A stretch of 64,000 bases of DNA from a virus: IMG/VR virus record IMGVR_UViG_3300008954_000003, positions 32,001-96,000 of that record. One strand, written 5' to 3'. Below, in pieces: positions 9,191-19,174 of this stretch; position 1 is the first letter of the stretch, and each line of letters starts with the position of its first letter. The notes beneath the pieces were generated by a model, which was not told where the DNA came from, did not search any database, and worked only from the letters and a program-made list of their open reading frames with translations. The translations under genes and the position numbers were made by a program.

Positions 9191-9513
9191 TGTTTTGGAC
9201 AATTTCAACAGTTGTGTTGGCTTGTGTTGTTGGTGTTCTTATAGTCTATATAAAGAATTTTTTAAAAATGTATAGTTCTATAATTGATGAATTTTTGGAG
9301 TTGAGAGAAGAGTTATTTTCTTTTCATTTCAGATTGAAGAAGGTTTATAAGATGGATCTCTATTATGGGGATGAAACCTTGAGATCGCTGATAAAACACC
9401 TGGATGTTTTGTCGGTTAAGGTTGAAGATTTTCTTGAAGCTATTGTGATTGAAGATTATGAAAAAGACGAAGACGAAGAAAGCGACGAAGACGAAGAAGA
9501 ATTATTACTTTGA
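9190..9513 (+). CDS. Hypothetical membrane-anchored protein with acidic tail
   Basis: N-terminal hydrophobic helix, YYGDETL motif, D/E-rich C-terminus. Confidence 0.65.
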   Translation: MFWTISTVVLACVVGVLIVYIKNFLKMYSSIIDEFLELREELFSFHFRLKKVYKMDLYYGDETLRSLIKHLDVLSVKVEDFLEAIVIEDYEKDEDEESDEDEEELLL

Positions 9514-10162
9514 TAAAAAGCATGAAAAGGCTGTCGTTGATTATGTTGAAGCGGTAACTCGGGAAGAGAAAACAAAGCTTTACGAAAATCTACTACAACC
9601 AGCTTTTGATGAAATGGTAGATAAGATTGTTTATACTTATAAATTCGTTTCGCTGCCAAATATTGACGATTTAAAGGATGAATGTAAACTTCATTTGATA
9701 ATGATTTTGGATAAATATGATCCGAATCGTGGTTCAACTGCGTTTGCGTATTTTTCTGTTGTGACAAAAAACTGGTTTATACAAAAAGCAAAAAAGACCA
9801 AGAAGAGAATGCAAACAGAGGTCGGCTCTGAAGAAAAGATAAAAGAATCTTTGCATCCTAACCTTGTTACGATGAACCCAAGTGAAGAGAATAGGGAAAA
9901 GAGAGAGTACTGGGAGTATCTTCTTGAAGAAATTGAATACTGGAAGAAGCTTCCCCTAAAGACAAACGAACTTGAGGTTCTTTTGGCTATTGAACATTTG
10001 ATGGAAAACATAGATGAAATAGAAATTTTTAACAAAAAAGCTATTTACCTATACATGAGAGAGATCACTGGTCTTTCAACAAAACAGATTGTTTCGTGTC
10101 TTTCAAAGATACGAAAGCAATATCGAAAGTTCAAAAGTGATTGGGAAATGGGGGAGTACTAA
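9458..10162 (+). CDS. Phage sigma-factor-like protein (T4 gp55-type late sigma, sigma70 region 2)
   Basis: DDLKDEC...KYDPNRGSTAFAYFSVVTKNWFIQ resembles the gp55/sigma region 2 pattern (F-D...AY...N.F). C-terminal helix-turn-helix-like REITGLSTKQI. Confidence 0.65.
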   Translation: MKKTKTKKATKTKKNYYFDKKHEKAVVDYVEAVTREEKTKLYENLLQPAFDEMVDKIVYTYKFVSLPNIDDLKDECKLHLIMILDKYDPNRGSTAFAYFSVVTKNWFIQKAKKTKKRMQTEVGSEEKIKESLHPNLVTMNPSEENREKREYWEYLLEEIEYWKKLPLKTNELEVLLAIEHLMENIDEIEIFNKKAIYLYMREITGLSTKQIVSCLSKIRKQYRKFKSDWEMGEY

Positions 10163-10467
10163 TGTCAAACAATAAATACGAAGCTCTGCTTGAGGAAGCT
10201 TTAGACAATATTCGTGCAGACAGGATTTTGACAAGCCACTTTATGGCCAAAGTCAAGAAACTTGCCGAAGAAGAAGGTGCTGATCATACCAAGCTCGGCT
10301 TCATTGTGGCAAAGTACCTTGAGACTTTGCAGCGTTCCAATGAACAACTTGTGAAATTAACCTCTCTGAAGGCTAAGAAAGCCGCGCCAGAATCTGAAGG
10401 CATGACCCCTGAAGAGCGTAGATCTATGTTCGAAGAGATCAAAGAGTCGAAAGAATCGAAAGGGTAA
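10162..10467 (+). CDS. Hypothetical helical phage protein
   Basis: GGGGAG SD; ATG overlaps the TAA of the sigma gene; KYLETLQRSNEQLVKL coiled-coil. Confidence 0.65.
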   Translation: MSNNKYEALLEEALDNIRADRILTSHFMAKVKKLAEEEGADHTKLGFIVAKYLETLQRSNEQLVKLTSLKAKKAAPESEGMTPEERRSMFEEIKESKESKG

Positions 10468-10473
10468 AAATGA

Positions 10474-12438
10474 ATGCCTACGAAAACCTCTTTAGCTAAT
10501 TTAAAAATAGAATTTAAGAACACACAACTTCTTGATTCCATCGGAAGACATAGTTTTGATGGTGAAAACCTTCTCGACTATATGGCCAGAGAAGCTGCAA
10601 GTAGGACGAAAGGTGGCGAAGACAACAGAAAGATAGGGATTGTTGTTGATGTTGTTGATGAAGATTCAAAAAACGAGGCCATTTTTGATGTCGTAAAACA
10701 CCAGAATGATAACGCTCAAAGAATTGAAAATGCTTCAACCAACAAGACAAAAACATCCTTTAAAACAGTTTATGTTCACATTTACGGCTCTTATACTTTG
10801 AAACCTGATTTTAAATCGATTGGCGTTGAACGACATTTCACAGAGGCCATTGAGTATAATGGCGATGAGGCGTTGAGTGTTGGAAGCATTGTTTCTATTA
10901 CATACTTGAACAAGGAAACTTTGGTATCGCCGAAAATTCAAAATGTTTTGAGCTTTATGGACCTAATGGTTTTTGGTGACAAGTCAGAAAATGAGTTAAG
11001 CACAAAAGCTGTGGCGGCAGATGTTGCGTTTTGCAGGCTTTCTAAGTTTAAAGATGGTCAAGGGGAAACCATAAAATCCCAATGGGCTCTTAATGACAAG
11101 ACGAAGGGTGGCTTTTATGACATCTATGAGTTCTTGAGAAGGAACATATACGATTCAGATTTCATGAAAAACGCTATCCTCAGTGTTGGCCCCCAAAGTC
11201 TTAAGTCCGCACTGGGTGGTAAAGTTGCGAAGGAGATAATTGGGAATCCGGTTGTATTTGCAAAGGGGCAAGTGAAAACTTTCTTTTCGACGAGGCCGAC
11301 TTCTATAAAAATTGTGGATTTTGAAGAAGATGAAAAATTGCTTGGAACAAGAATTGAGTTGAGACATGAAGATGAGGTTATAAAGCCAGATTCTGATTTG
11401 GCGAAGATTTTTTCACAGTATATTTTGAAGAGAATTGAGAAACAGTTCGATGTCAAAGTTAGCGTTAAAGGAGATATCGTCTTGATCGATCTTGATTTGG
11501 ATGGTGGAGTAGTGGAATATGTCAATTATAGCAATGCAAGATATGCAAGCTATCAAGAGTTTGCCTCGCATGAATCAACCTCTCAAAGCCAGATTGAACA
11601 AAACTTTGCACCACCAAGCACAATAAAAGGGAAGACGGAGTTTGAGGAGTGCTTACGAAAACTTGACCGACAAGCAACAGAAAAATACTTCGACATCAAC
11701 GGTAAAGAGTGGAAGAGACAACAGGATAGAGTTGATGTCCAATTGTTCTTTAAGGATGGTGCGGTGAATCAAACCTCTTTATCACTTGTTTCAGTTGAGG
11801 ATGGGCAGGTCTTTCCGATTCAAAACGATGTAGAGATTGAATATGGCTTAGAACAAGAAATTAACACTTACGATAAGTCTGTTTTGAAAAGAGGAATCTC
11901 TGTAAAGAAGGTGAAAAAGAATATTGCCAAATTACGCACTTTTATTGATCAGTTAAGAAACCTGATAAAAGAAACCGAAAAGCCGGATGATATATTCATA
12001 AAACACCTATCTGTTTTTAGAGCACCCCCACCCGTGTCCTCTTTCAAAGTTGGGGTGGATAAAAATAGCCAACATTTTTACGGCAGAGCCATTGATTTTG
12101 TCGTTTACATTAAACTAGAGGAAAAGATATATCAGATTCCACCAGAGATTGTTCACCTCTATGTTCTAAAGCTGATGTCGATGGATAAGGAGTTTGTTGG
12201 TGGCGCTGCGCTATTTCGAAGTGGTAACACAATGTATAATCATTATGAATCGCACGCCGGGGTGGATGTGAGCGGGACGCCAACGAGATGGACAAGTTTA
12301 ACTGGAAAAGATGAGCTTGAGACTCGATTAAGACCGCTTGGAGATGAGGGAAAAGATAACGAAATATTAAGATACGTTGTGTCTACATATAGTGTAGGCA
12401 AGAAATTACCTCCAAAAATAAGGTTTTTAGTATTATGA
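10474..12438 (+). CDS. Baseplate-associated protein with C-terminal peptidase M15-like (peptidoglycan peptidase) domain
   Basis: SVFR...SQHFYGRAIDF and later NHYE fit the M15 Zn ligands (SxHxxGxAxD...H). N-terminal LSVGSIVSITY resembles a gp5/gpV OB-fold strand. Confidence 0.6.
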   Translation: MPTKTSLANLKIEFKNTQLLDSIGRHSFDGENLLDYMAREAASRTKGGEDNRKIGIVVDVVDEDSKNEAIFDVVKHQNDNAQRIENASTNKTKTSFKTVYVHIYGSYTLKPDFKSIGVERHFTEAIEYNGDEALSVGSIVSITYLNKETLVSPKIQNVLSFMDLMVFGDKSENELSTKAVAADVAFCRLSKFKDGQGETIKSQWALNDKTKGGFYDIYEFLRRNIYDSDFMKNAILSVGPQSLKSALGGKVAKEIIGNPVVFAKGQVKTFFSTRPTSIKIVDFEEDEKLLGTRIELRHEDEVIKPDSDLAKIFSQYILKRIEKQFDVKVSVKGDIVLIDLDLDGGVVEYVNYSNARYASYQEFASHESTSQSQIEQNFAPPSTIKGKTEFEECLRKLDRQATEKYFDINGKEWKRQQDRVDVQLFFKDGAVNQTSLSLVSVEDGQVFPIQNDVEIEYGLEQEINTYDKSVLKRGISVKKVKKNIAKLRTFIDQLRNLIKETEKPDDIFIKHLSVFRAPPPVSSFKVGVDKNSQHFYGRAIDFVVYIKLEEKIYQIPPEIVHLYVLKLMSMDKEFVGGAALFRSGNTMYNHYESHAGVDVSGTPTRWTSLTGKDELETRLRPLGDEGKDNEILRYVVSTYSVGKKLPPKIRFLVL

Positions 12439-13325
12439 CAAGAGTGAAACCGCGATCACCAAAAGATTTAGATCCCTCGCAAAAAGAAAGTATTGATGAG
12501 GTAAAGAGGAGATTGGACAATTCCCCAGAGCAAGGTGGTTCTGGTTTGGGAGGCAGTCTTTCAATCTATAATAACCCAAAAACCCTCAAACTTGAAAATC
12601 AATATATAAAGAAGCATCCCGATTGCCCATCAGGGATTGCGCTTATAAACGATGCGAGATACCGAGATAAAAGTGGGTTGCCGGCACCATCTGTTCTTAT
12701 GTACAACATAAGCGAAAAAACAGATACGAACGAAACAATTGACTTGAGAAATAGAGAGACCCTTGCGTTCGCTTCAAGATTTGAGGTGTCATCAATGACG
12801 GACATCAAGACACCCTCGATACCTGGAGATTTCAAAGCAAGGTCTGCGATCATAGCAAGAGCAGATGTTATTGATTTGAAGGGTTCTGAGTTTGTTCAGA
12901 TTCAAACAGGTGGTCGTCGTTATAATTCAAGAGGTGCTCGGATTGATGTGCTTGGTGGTGTGCATATTGTTGCGGGCGAGGCAGATAGATTTCCGGTTCA
13001 ACCACTTGTTAAAGGATATAACCTGAAAGACTTCCTTGATGATGTCATGAAAAACATTGGAGATCTCGCGTCAACAATGCAAAAGATGCACACGGAGATA
13101 ATGATATTAAAGGCGTCCCTTGCTCTTCATTTTCACATAGGTGCAACAGGTCCGGTCGCACCGTCGCTAGATTTGTGCGCTGGTATAATAAGCATGGTGG
13201 CTGGAGATTTTACAACCACTGCAAACCTTATGGGTATGATTGCGAACATTGAACTAACAAAGGTTAATTATTTGATGCCGTTTGCAAAGAAATGGATTTT
13301 GAGCAGATACAACAAGGCGAATTAA
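12435..13325 (+). CDS. Probable baseplate central spike (gpV/gp5 C-terminal-like)
   Basis: Short beta-repeat region (IIARADVIDLKG, VHIVAG), QPLVKG, helix, then H-F-H (HxH metal-binding apex); upstream of gp25/gp6. Confidence 0.5.
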   Translation: MTRVKPRSPKDLDPSQKESIDEVKRRLDNSPEQGGSGLGGSLSIYNNPKTLKLENQYIKKHPDCPSGIALINDARYRDKSGLPAPSVLMYNISEKTDTNETIDLRNRETLAFASRFEVSSMTDIKTPSIPGDFKARSAIIARADVIDLKGSEFVQIQTGGRRYNSRGARIDVLGGVHIVAGEADRFPVQPLVKGYNLKDFLDDVMKNIGDLASTMQKMHTEIMILKASLALHFHIGATGPVAPSLDLCAGIISMVAGDFTTTANLMGMIANIELTKVNYLMPFAKKWILSRYNKAN

Positions 13326-13328
13326 GAA

Positions 13329-16300
13329 ATGTCAAAGCCAACATTACAAGAAATCAGAGCATTTGCAAAAAAAGGACAACAAGCCCTTTTTACAAAAACT
13401 CCTATTCTTAATCCCGAAGACCACTCGGAGCATTATTTTTTATTTATAAGTTGTTTGCGATATATTTTCGGCACAGACAACTCAGACCTTGAAATAACCG
13501 AGGAGACTTCAGCTCTTGGCCTTGTTTCGTTTGAAGAGAGTGAAGCTTTAAAAAACACGATAACAAAGATCCAACTTGGAGAACTTGATTTGCCAATTGG
13601 GCAGATTCTTAAACCATATGAAGAGAATAATCTTGGTAAACTGTCAAGAAGAACTTATGAATCTGTTGTTCAGCACGCCTTTTACGATTGGTTTAGAAAG
13701 AAATATATTCTTGGAACGGGTAAAGAAGAGATAATAAAACGGGCAAATTTTGCTGACGGTTCAGTTGGCGGGTGGCACGAAGCGATTGTTGGTGTAAATG
13801 ACACTGTTTTGTTTGTTGATAATGGGGGCGGCCCGATAAAAGAAATCAAAAACCCGGAAGCAAAGCCACCGAAAAGAAAAGTATTAAGGTTTACAACTCC
13901 AACAGTTTGTGTTGTTTCAAAGAAAAAGGATACAGTAACCAATCTTAAGAAGGCAGAGAACATAGAAGCTCTTAAAAAAGAGGCATTGGAAGTCGTCAAA
14001 GGATCGTTCAGAAGAGACGTAAGTTCAAAAGCGAAGACAGAGGTGTTTTTCAGAGCCGTAACCAGAAAGGGCGTCAACCTTGTTAAAACGTGTGTTACTT
14101 TCAATTTTGCAGAAGTGGTTTTGTCCGAGGAATTTGAACAACAAGAGCATTACCTTGATACAATCAAAATCGGCCTTGATTCTTTGTCCAAATATTCTAT
14201 TACATTTCCAAATTTAGGGTCGGAGGATACGTTGTCTTCTATATTTTTCACCAATTTGAATATAGTGAGAGATGTTTTGAACCCTTTGCAAAATATGCCA
14301 GCAAATTCCAAACAATCTCTTTTTTATCAAGAGGTCGATAAGTTAGCCGCTGAGATTGAATCTTTTAAATTTGACAACAAACAAAAAGCTGCCGAGGTTC
14401 TTGGTAAAGAATACAAATTTCCCCCAAAAACAGTTACATCTATTTTGATAGAGGGACAAGAACTTCTACGGAATGAATATCTTTTGGAGAAAGGGGGGAA
14501 TCCGGTCTTTGCGAATTACAACAAAGCAGTAAGCAATGAATCGATAACCTATCATTACGATGATTCTATGAATCTTTTGGCAATATCATCTATTAGACCT
14601 CCAATTTCTTTAGGTAATACCGGGAATACAGCGAAAACCCTCGGTAAGCCGGACAAGGATGCGGAAAACATACCTTTCGATGAAGACAACCAAGATTATG
14701 AATTAAATCCAAAACCCGAAGGGTTGACCTTCGTTCCGCGCATCAATGCGCTTGGAAAGGGTTTTGGGGCTGTTGTTGGTGACATTGCTATTGTTACAGA
14801 CACCTTTGCAGAAAAATTTTATAAGAACTTTGAGGTTGTCGGTAAAACAGCCAACGCTCTCGGCGAAACCAAACTTAAAGGGGCGAGCAAGAAAAACCTC
14901 TTTATAAAAATTGAGGAAACAATAAAATTTAAACCAATTTTTGTGAGGACAATCACAAGACAAAAAATGATAGAGGCCATTGATGTTCCGGTGCCACCAT
15001 CAGAGCGTGACAACCCAGAGTTGCTTGAAAAAACACCTTATCCGATTATTCAAATGAAAACAGCAAACAACCTGTTTTTATCAAACAAGAACATTATTGG
15101 TCCGAACAAGTCTGTTCTTTGGGGCAATTTTGTTCAAAACGTTCATTATCCAAAAATCGATCTCAAGCCATCAGCGAAAAAAGACAAGAAGAAAAAAGAG
15201 AAAGGTAAGGACCCAAACGAAAGAAAACAAAAGCCGACCAAAGAGGACATGGAGAGTTCATTCAGCCTTTCGATTCCACTTGGGGCCGCTGTCGCTTCAA
15301 AGTATAATTGCTTCGAAGATATTGTCACCGTCTTTAGAAAAAGGGATCTTGGTACAATATTCGAATTTCTTTTTCATAAGTTTCCGTGGTATGAGCTTTT
15401 AACCAGAATTCTTGCTGCGAACAGAGACAAGCTTGAAAGACTCGGAGAAGATTCAAGCTTCTATGCGTGCTTAAACCAATTGAATGTAAATCAATTGTTC
15501 GCGGCATATATTAATTTTAAGAACCTCATTTTAAACCCACAGTGGCTTTTGAGCGTTATCCCTCAGATTCCAGAGATTCCCCAAATTCCGTATATCCCAT
15601 TGGTTGATTTTTGGGCATTCATCAAGGCAAAGATAATCGAACTCATAATAGAAGCCCTTCTTCTTGCGCTTGAATCCTTGTTGGGGTTTGCGATAAGAGA
15701 TCTTCTTAATATGTGCAATTTAAGCGATGAGGATATCAATAGGTTGGCAAGTCAGTCAGGTGGTGGTGGGGATCCTTATTCGAACTTTGCTTCGGTTGGT
15801 GATGGCTCAAAACTTGATTTTGTTTCGTGTGATATAAATGTTTTGATTCAAAGAGGCTCACAGTTTTCATTGAAAGAGGTCTTGTTCCTTTTACAAGAAC
15901 AGTTTCCACTCCTTAGTGGGTTAAGCGAGCAGGAGTTGAGGGGTTATTTCGATATAGTTTCTGAAAACATTGATTCAACAGAGCTTGTCTCACTTTTGAG
16001 AGGGTTTGCGAACGATGGCCTGTTGGAAATCGTTGCTGATCTTGGTTCAATTTCACAACTTTCATTCAAAGAAGGTGTGAGAGACTTCTATAAGCATCTT
16101 GGAACACTGGTTAATTCTGAGCTGTGTATAACAGGAATCCTTGAAGACGCAAAGAGAGCGGCGAATCCTTGTCCCCCACAAGATATAAAAGTCTTGCTTG
16201 CCCAAAAAGGCTTACCGGAAAACTACAAAGATCAACTCGTCGAGGATGCTCTTTCAAACATTGAAGAATTGTGCAAAAAAATCAATGATACGGTTTATGA

Positions 16301-17111
16301 TCTTTCAAAATCTATTCCAAACCTTATTGGTCAACAAGGGAGGAAGGCGTTGCAGGCGGCAGTTGATGCACCCTTCAAAGCTTTGGAAGGGCAAACGAAA
16401 TCTTCTTTGGAACAAACGACTGATTTGATTGGAACAAAGATAAAGTCATTGGGTTCAAAGCAAAAGGTGGAGTCTGGACCTATAAAACTCTCTCTTGAAT
16501 CTCTGTATTGGAACAACCCAATTGATGAAAGCGAAAAACCAGAAGATGGCTCTATTCTTTTTGATTTAATTGGGAAAGCAGAACAGGTAGGAAGTGAGTT
16601 GAAAGGGTCACAAGAGTTTTCTGTGGACGGAAAAAGTGGACAGGTGGTTCTGAAAATAGGTGGCGATAAAGGGGTTGCGATTAATGAAAAGGGAGAGGTT
16701 CTCTACAACGGCCAAATAGTTGTCACGGCGAAAAAAAGTGCAAAAGAGGCGGACTATATAAAAGACGGAGTGGTTAATACGGCAAGAGGGTTCATTTCTG
16801 ATTACGAACTGAAAGACTCCAACGAATTCAGTAAGAAAACGATTCGCTTAATTGATGAAGATGCGACAAGAGTGGGTCTTGTGAAAGCGCTGTTTAACAC
16901 AAATATCACCACATTCCCTTTGTTACAGGATCTTGAAAAGGGAAAGGAATTTGTCAAGACTTTGTTTGATTTGCGTAGGTTTGGAGAGGGGGATGATGTG
17001 GTGACGTACAAAAAAACTTTCCAAGACTCGTTAAATAAATCCGGAGATGCTTCAAAAGGCGTTGAAAACGTTTTGTTATATAAAGAAGTCTTGAAAAGGT
17101 TGGAGAGTTAA
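13329..17111 (+). CDS. Large hypothetical virion (tail/baseplate region) protein
   Basis: 1260-aa ORF in the structural module; IPQIPEIPQIP repeat and long helical regions; no recognisable catalytic motif. Confidence 0.6.
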   Translation: MSKPTLQEIRAFAKKGQQALFTKTPILNPEDHSEHYFLFISCLRYIFGTDNSDLEITEETSALGLVSFEESEALKNTITKIQLGELDLPIGQILKPYEENNLGKLSRRTYESVVQHAFYDWFRKKYILGTGKEEIIKRANFADGSVGGWHEAIVGVNDTVLFVDNGGGPIKEIKNPEAKPPKRKVLRFTTPTVCVVSKKKDTVTNLKKAENIEALKKEALEVVKGSFRRDVSSKAKTEVFFRAVTRKGVNLVKTCVTFNFAEVVLSEEFEQQEHYLDTIKIGLDSLSKYSITFPNLGSEDTLSSIFFTNLNIVRDVLNPLQNMPANSKQSLFYQEVDKLAAEIESFKFDNKQKAAEVLGKEYKFPPKTVTSILIEGQELLRNEYLLEKGGNPVFANYNKAVSNESITYHYDDSMNLLAISSIRPPISLGNTGNTAKTLGKPDKDAENIPFDEDNQDYELNPKPEGLTFVPRINALGKGFGAVVGDIAIVTDTFAEKFYKNFEVVGKTANALGETKLKGASKKNLFIKIEETIKFKPIFVRTITRQKMIEAIDVPVPPSERDNPELLEKTPYPIIQMKTANNLFLSNKNIIGPNKSVLWGNFVQNVHYPKIDLKPSAKKDKKKKEKGKDPNERKQKPTKEDMESSFSLSIPLGAAVASKYNCFEDIVTVFRKRDLGTIFEFLFHKFPWYELLTRILAANRDKLERLGEDSSFYACLNQLNVNQLFAAYINFKNLILNPQWLLSVIPQIPEIPQIPYIPLVDFWAFIKAKIIELIIEALLLALESLLGFAIRDLLNMCNLSDEDINRLASQSGGGGDPYSNFASVGDGSKLDFVSCDINVLIQRGSQFSLKEVLFLLQEQFPLLSGLSEQELRGYFDIVSENIDSTELVSLLRGFANDGLLEIVADLGSISQLSFKEGVRDFYKHLGTLVNSELCITGILEDAKRAANPCPPQDIKVLLAQKGLPENYKDQLVEDALSNIEELCKKINDTVYDLSKSIPNLIGQQGRKALQAAVDAPFKALEGQTKSSLEQTTDLIGTKIKSLGSKQKVESGPIKLSLESLYWNNPIDESEKPEDGSILFDLIGKAEQVGSELKGSQEFSVDGKSGQVVLKIGGDKGVAINEKGEVLYNGQIVVTAKKSAKEADYIKDGVVNTARGFISDYELKDSNEFSKKTIRLIDEDATRVGLVKALFNTNITTFPLLQDLEKGKEFVKTLFDLRRFGEGDDVVTYKKTFQDSLNKSGDASKGVENVLLYKEVLKRLES

Positions 17112-18779
17112 ATGCTTGGTTACGATTCTATTAATTCTGTTTTACAAGGAGCCTCTGCAAGAGAGAGGATAAGAGCCTTTCTTACTGACTACTTGTTGTT
17201 TACATATCCGGCGTATGCAGAGATACCAGGGCTTACTTCCGACAAACTTAAACCATTGGTTTCTTTTTTCATGGAGAGATTTGAGAACGACGTTGGCGAT
17301 TTATTAGTGGCCTATAGACTTGCAGCTTTGTTCGAAGACAAAGATTTTTTGTTCGAAGGGAAAGGGGAGACGGAAATTGTAGAAGCATCTAAAAAAGCCC
17401 TCTTTGATGTGTTCATGAGTGTTCTTTATGAGATGTTAGAAGAGCTTGGAAAGAGGTTCTCAACAAAGAAAAAGAAGCTTGTTTCTGATGGGTTCATTGG
17501 GCAACTTTTCAATACAGATAGCACTTGGGGATATATCCCAACAAACATGTATAATTTGTGGAACATCGGGAGCTATATTAGTGAGGTCGGAAAGGTAGTC
17601 CAAGGGAACGATAAGATATTTCCAGAGTTTTTAACCGGAGAAGGCGACGATCTTTTATTTGGAGAGCATTACGCATCAAATGATTTGATAAGCTTTGGAG
17701 ATATTAGGAAGTTTGATTCTTCAATAAAGCCAGAAAATAAAACAGAGAGATTTGATTTAGAAACAACAGCCGATTGGAATTTTTTGAAGACAAGGCCAAA
17801 GTTCTTTTTGGAGATCTTTTTCAGAAATTCAAAACTGGTTGGATTTGGAAGAGAGCAATTTAAATATATGTCTTTATCCGAAGCTGGAAAGGCAATGGTG
17901 AGGCTTAAAGAACTGAAGTCAGTTACGAGTAAACAGCATCTTCAAAACTTCCCGCCTCTTGTGCCAGATGAGATTGGTGTGAGATTGGTCATGAACTTAT
18001 CTTACGTTGAAGCTTTGAGGGCGGGCTCCATATACTCACTATTAAACAGCACAAATGAAATAGAAAGCCCAAAGCCAACATTCGGGTGGAACATGCACCC
18101 GGAACTTGGGAAAGTTTCGACAATTTTGGATAGCGGTATATTTCAGGGATCCACTTTAAGTGGATGGCGCTCTGTTGACACCCTAAGACTCCATTTCAGA
18201 GAGGGCACAAAAGGTATTTTATCGCAAATATTGTCGGGTAAGTTGCCGGAAAAGAAAATTGATACGGAAAAAATGATGATGGAAAAAGCAGGAATAAGAG
18301 TTGGCTTTGTCAACGAAGTTCCCCAAGGAACCATTGGAAAGAAATTCGCTGACGGACAAAAGTTTCCCGGTTTTAAGTTAGCAAAGAAAGATAGAATCTT
18401 CACATTAACGTTCCCCGTTGTCATTTCAGAGGCGGTAACTCCAATAAACCCTTTTGAGTTTGAACTTATTTCTCAAGCGCCAGCTTTGCAACTTGCTGGA
18501 CAGGGAACAGGGGCGACGTTCTTTTCTATTCTTTCAAAGCCGGTTCTTGCTCTTGAAAAAGATCAGAAGACAAAAGATTTTATCAATAAAACCCTTCCGT
18601 ATGACTTACTTAATGCAATCTATCCTATTTATTATAGTTCTTTGGTGGATCGCAAAGTTGGGAAAGATAACAAATCGATGAGAGACATTATCAGAGAAGA
18701 GGATAGGTTTGAATTGAACAAGTATAAGAAATCAATCGATGCGATGTTGAGGAATTTGTCAAAGTTTGACGAGGTATAA
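17112..18779 (+). CDS. Hypothetical protein, structural module
   Basis: 555-aa ORF abutting the upstream stop, GGAG SD. Confidence 0.6.
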   Translation: MLGYDSINSVLQGASARERIRAFLTDYLLFTYPAYAEIPGLTSDKLKPLVSFFMERFENDVGDLLVAYRLAALFEDKDFLFEGKGETEIVEASKKALFDVFMSVLYEMLEELGKRFSTKKKKLVSDGFIGQLFNTDSTWGYIPTNMYNLWNIGSYISEVGKVVQGNDKIFPEFLTGEGDDLLFGEHYASNDLISFGDIRKFDSSIKPENKTERFDLETTADWNFLKTRPKFFLEIFFRNSKLVGFGREQFKYMSLSEAGKAMVRLKELKSVTSKQHLQNFPPLVPDEIGVRLVMNLSYVEALRAGSIYSLLNSTNEIESPKPTFGWNMHPELGKVSTILDSGIFQGSTLSGWRSVDTLRLHFREGTKGILSQILSGKLPEKKIDTEKMMMEKAGIRVGFVNEVPQGTIGKKFADGQKFPGFKLAKKDRIFTLTFPVVISEAVTPINPFEFELISQAPALQLAGQGTGATFFSILSKPVLALEKDQKTKDFINKTLPYDLLNAIYPIYYSSLVDRKVGKDNKSMRDIIREEDRFELNKYKKSIDAMLRNLSKFDEV

Positions 18780-18781
18780 TT

Positions 18782-19174
18782 ATGGCTAGTGGAATTTCTG
18801 TAAAATTGCCCTTGGTGTATAGCAAGATCGATGGGCCATTTGCTCTGACGAAGACCTTTCAAGAGACGATCAAGCAGAATTTCAAGAATATGGTCTTAAC
18901 CGTCAAAGGGGAGAGGATAATGGACCCCGATTTTGGTGTGGGCCTTCACCAACTTCTTTTTGAGAACATAGATTCCGCCTTTATTGAGGTGATTGAAGAG
19001 CGAATCATAACTCAAACTGAAATTTATATGCCTTTTGTTAAAATTGAAGACGTAAACATTCAAACACCAGAGGAAGAACCAAACAAACTTTATGTGGGAA
19101 TTAACTATTATATCATTCCACTCAACGCTGATGATACATTAACCCTCAATATAAGTGATAAGGGAATAGAATAA
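18782..19174 (+). CDS. Baseplate wedge subunit, gp25/GPW family
   Basis: NFKNMVLTVKGERIMDPDFGVGL..LLFE and YMPFVKI are hallmark gp25 motifs. Confidence 0.92.
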   Translation: MASGISVKLPLVYSKIDGPFALTKTFQETIKQNFKNMVLTVKGERIMDPDFGVGLHQLLFENIDSAFIEVIEERIITQTEIYMPFVKIEDVNIQTPEEEPNKLYVGINYYIIPLNADDTLTLNISDKGIE

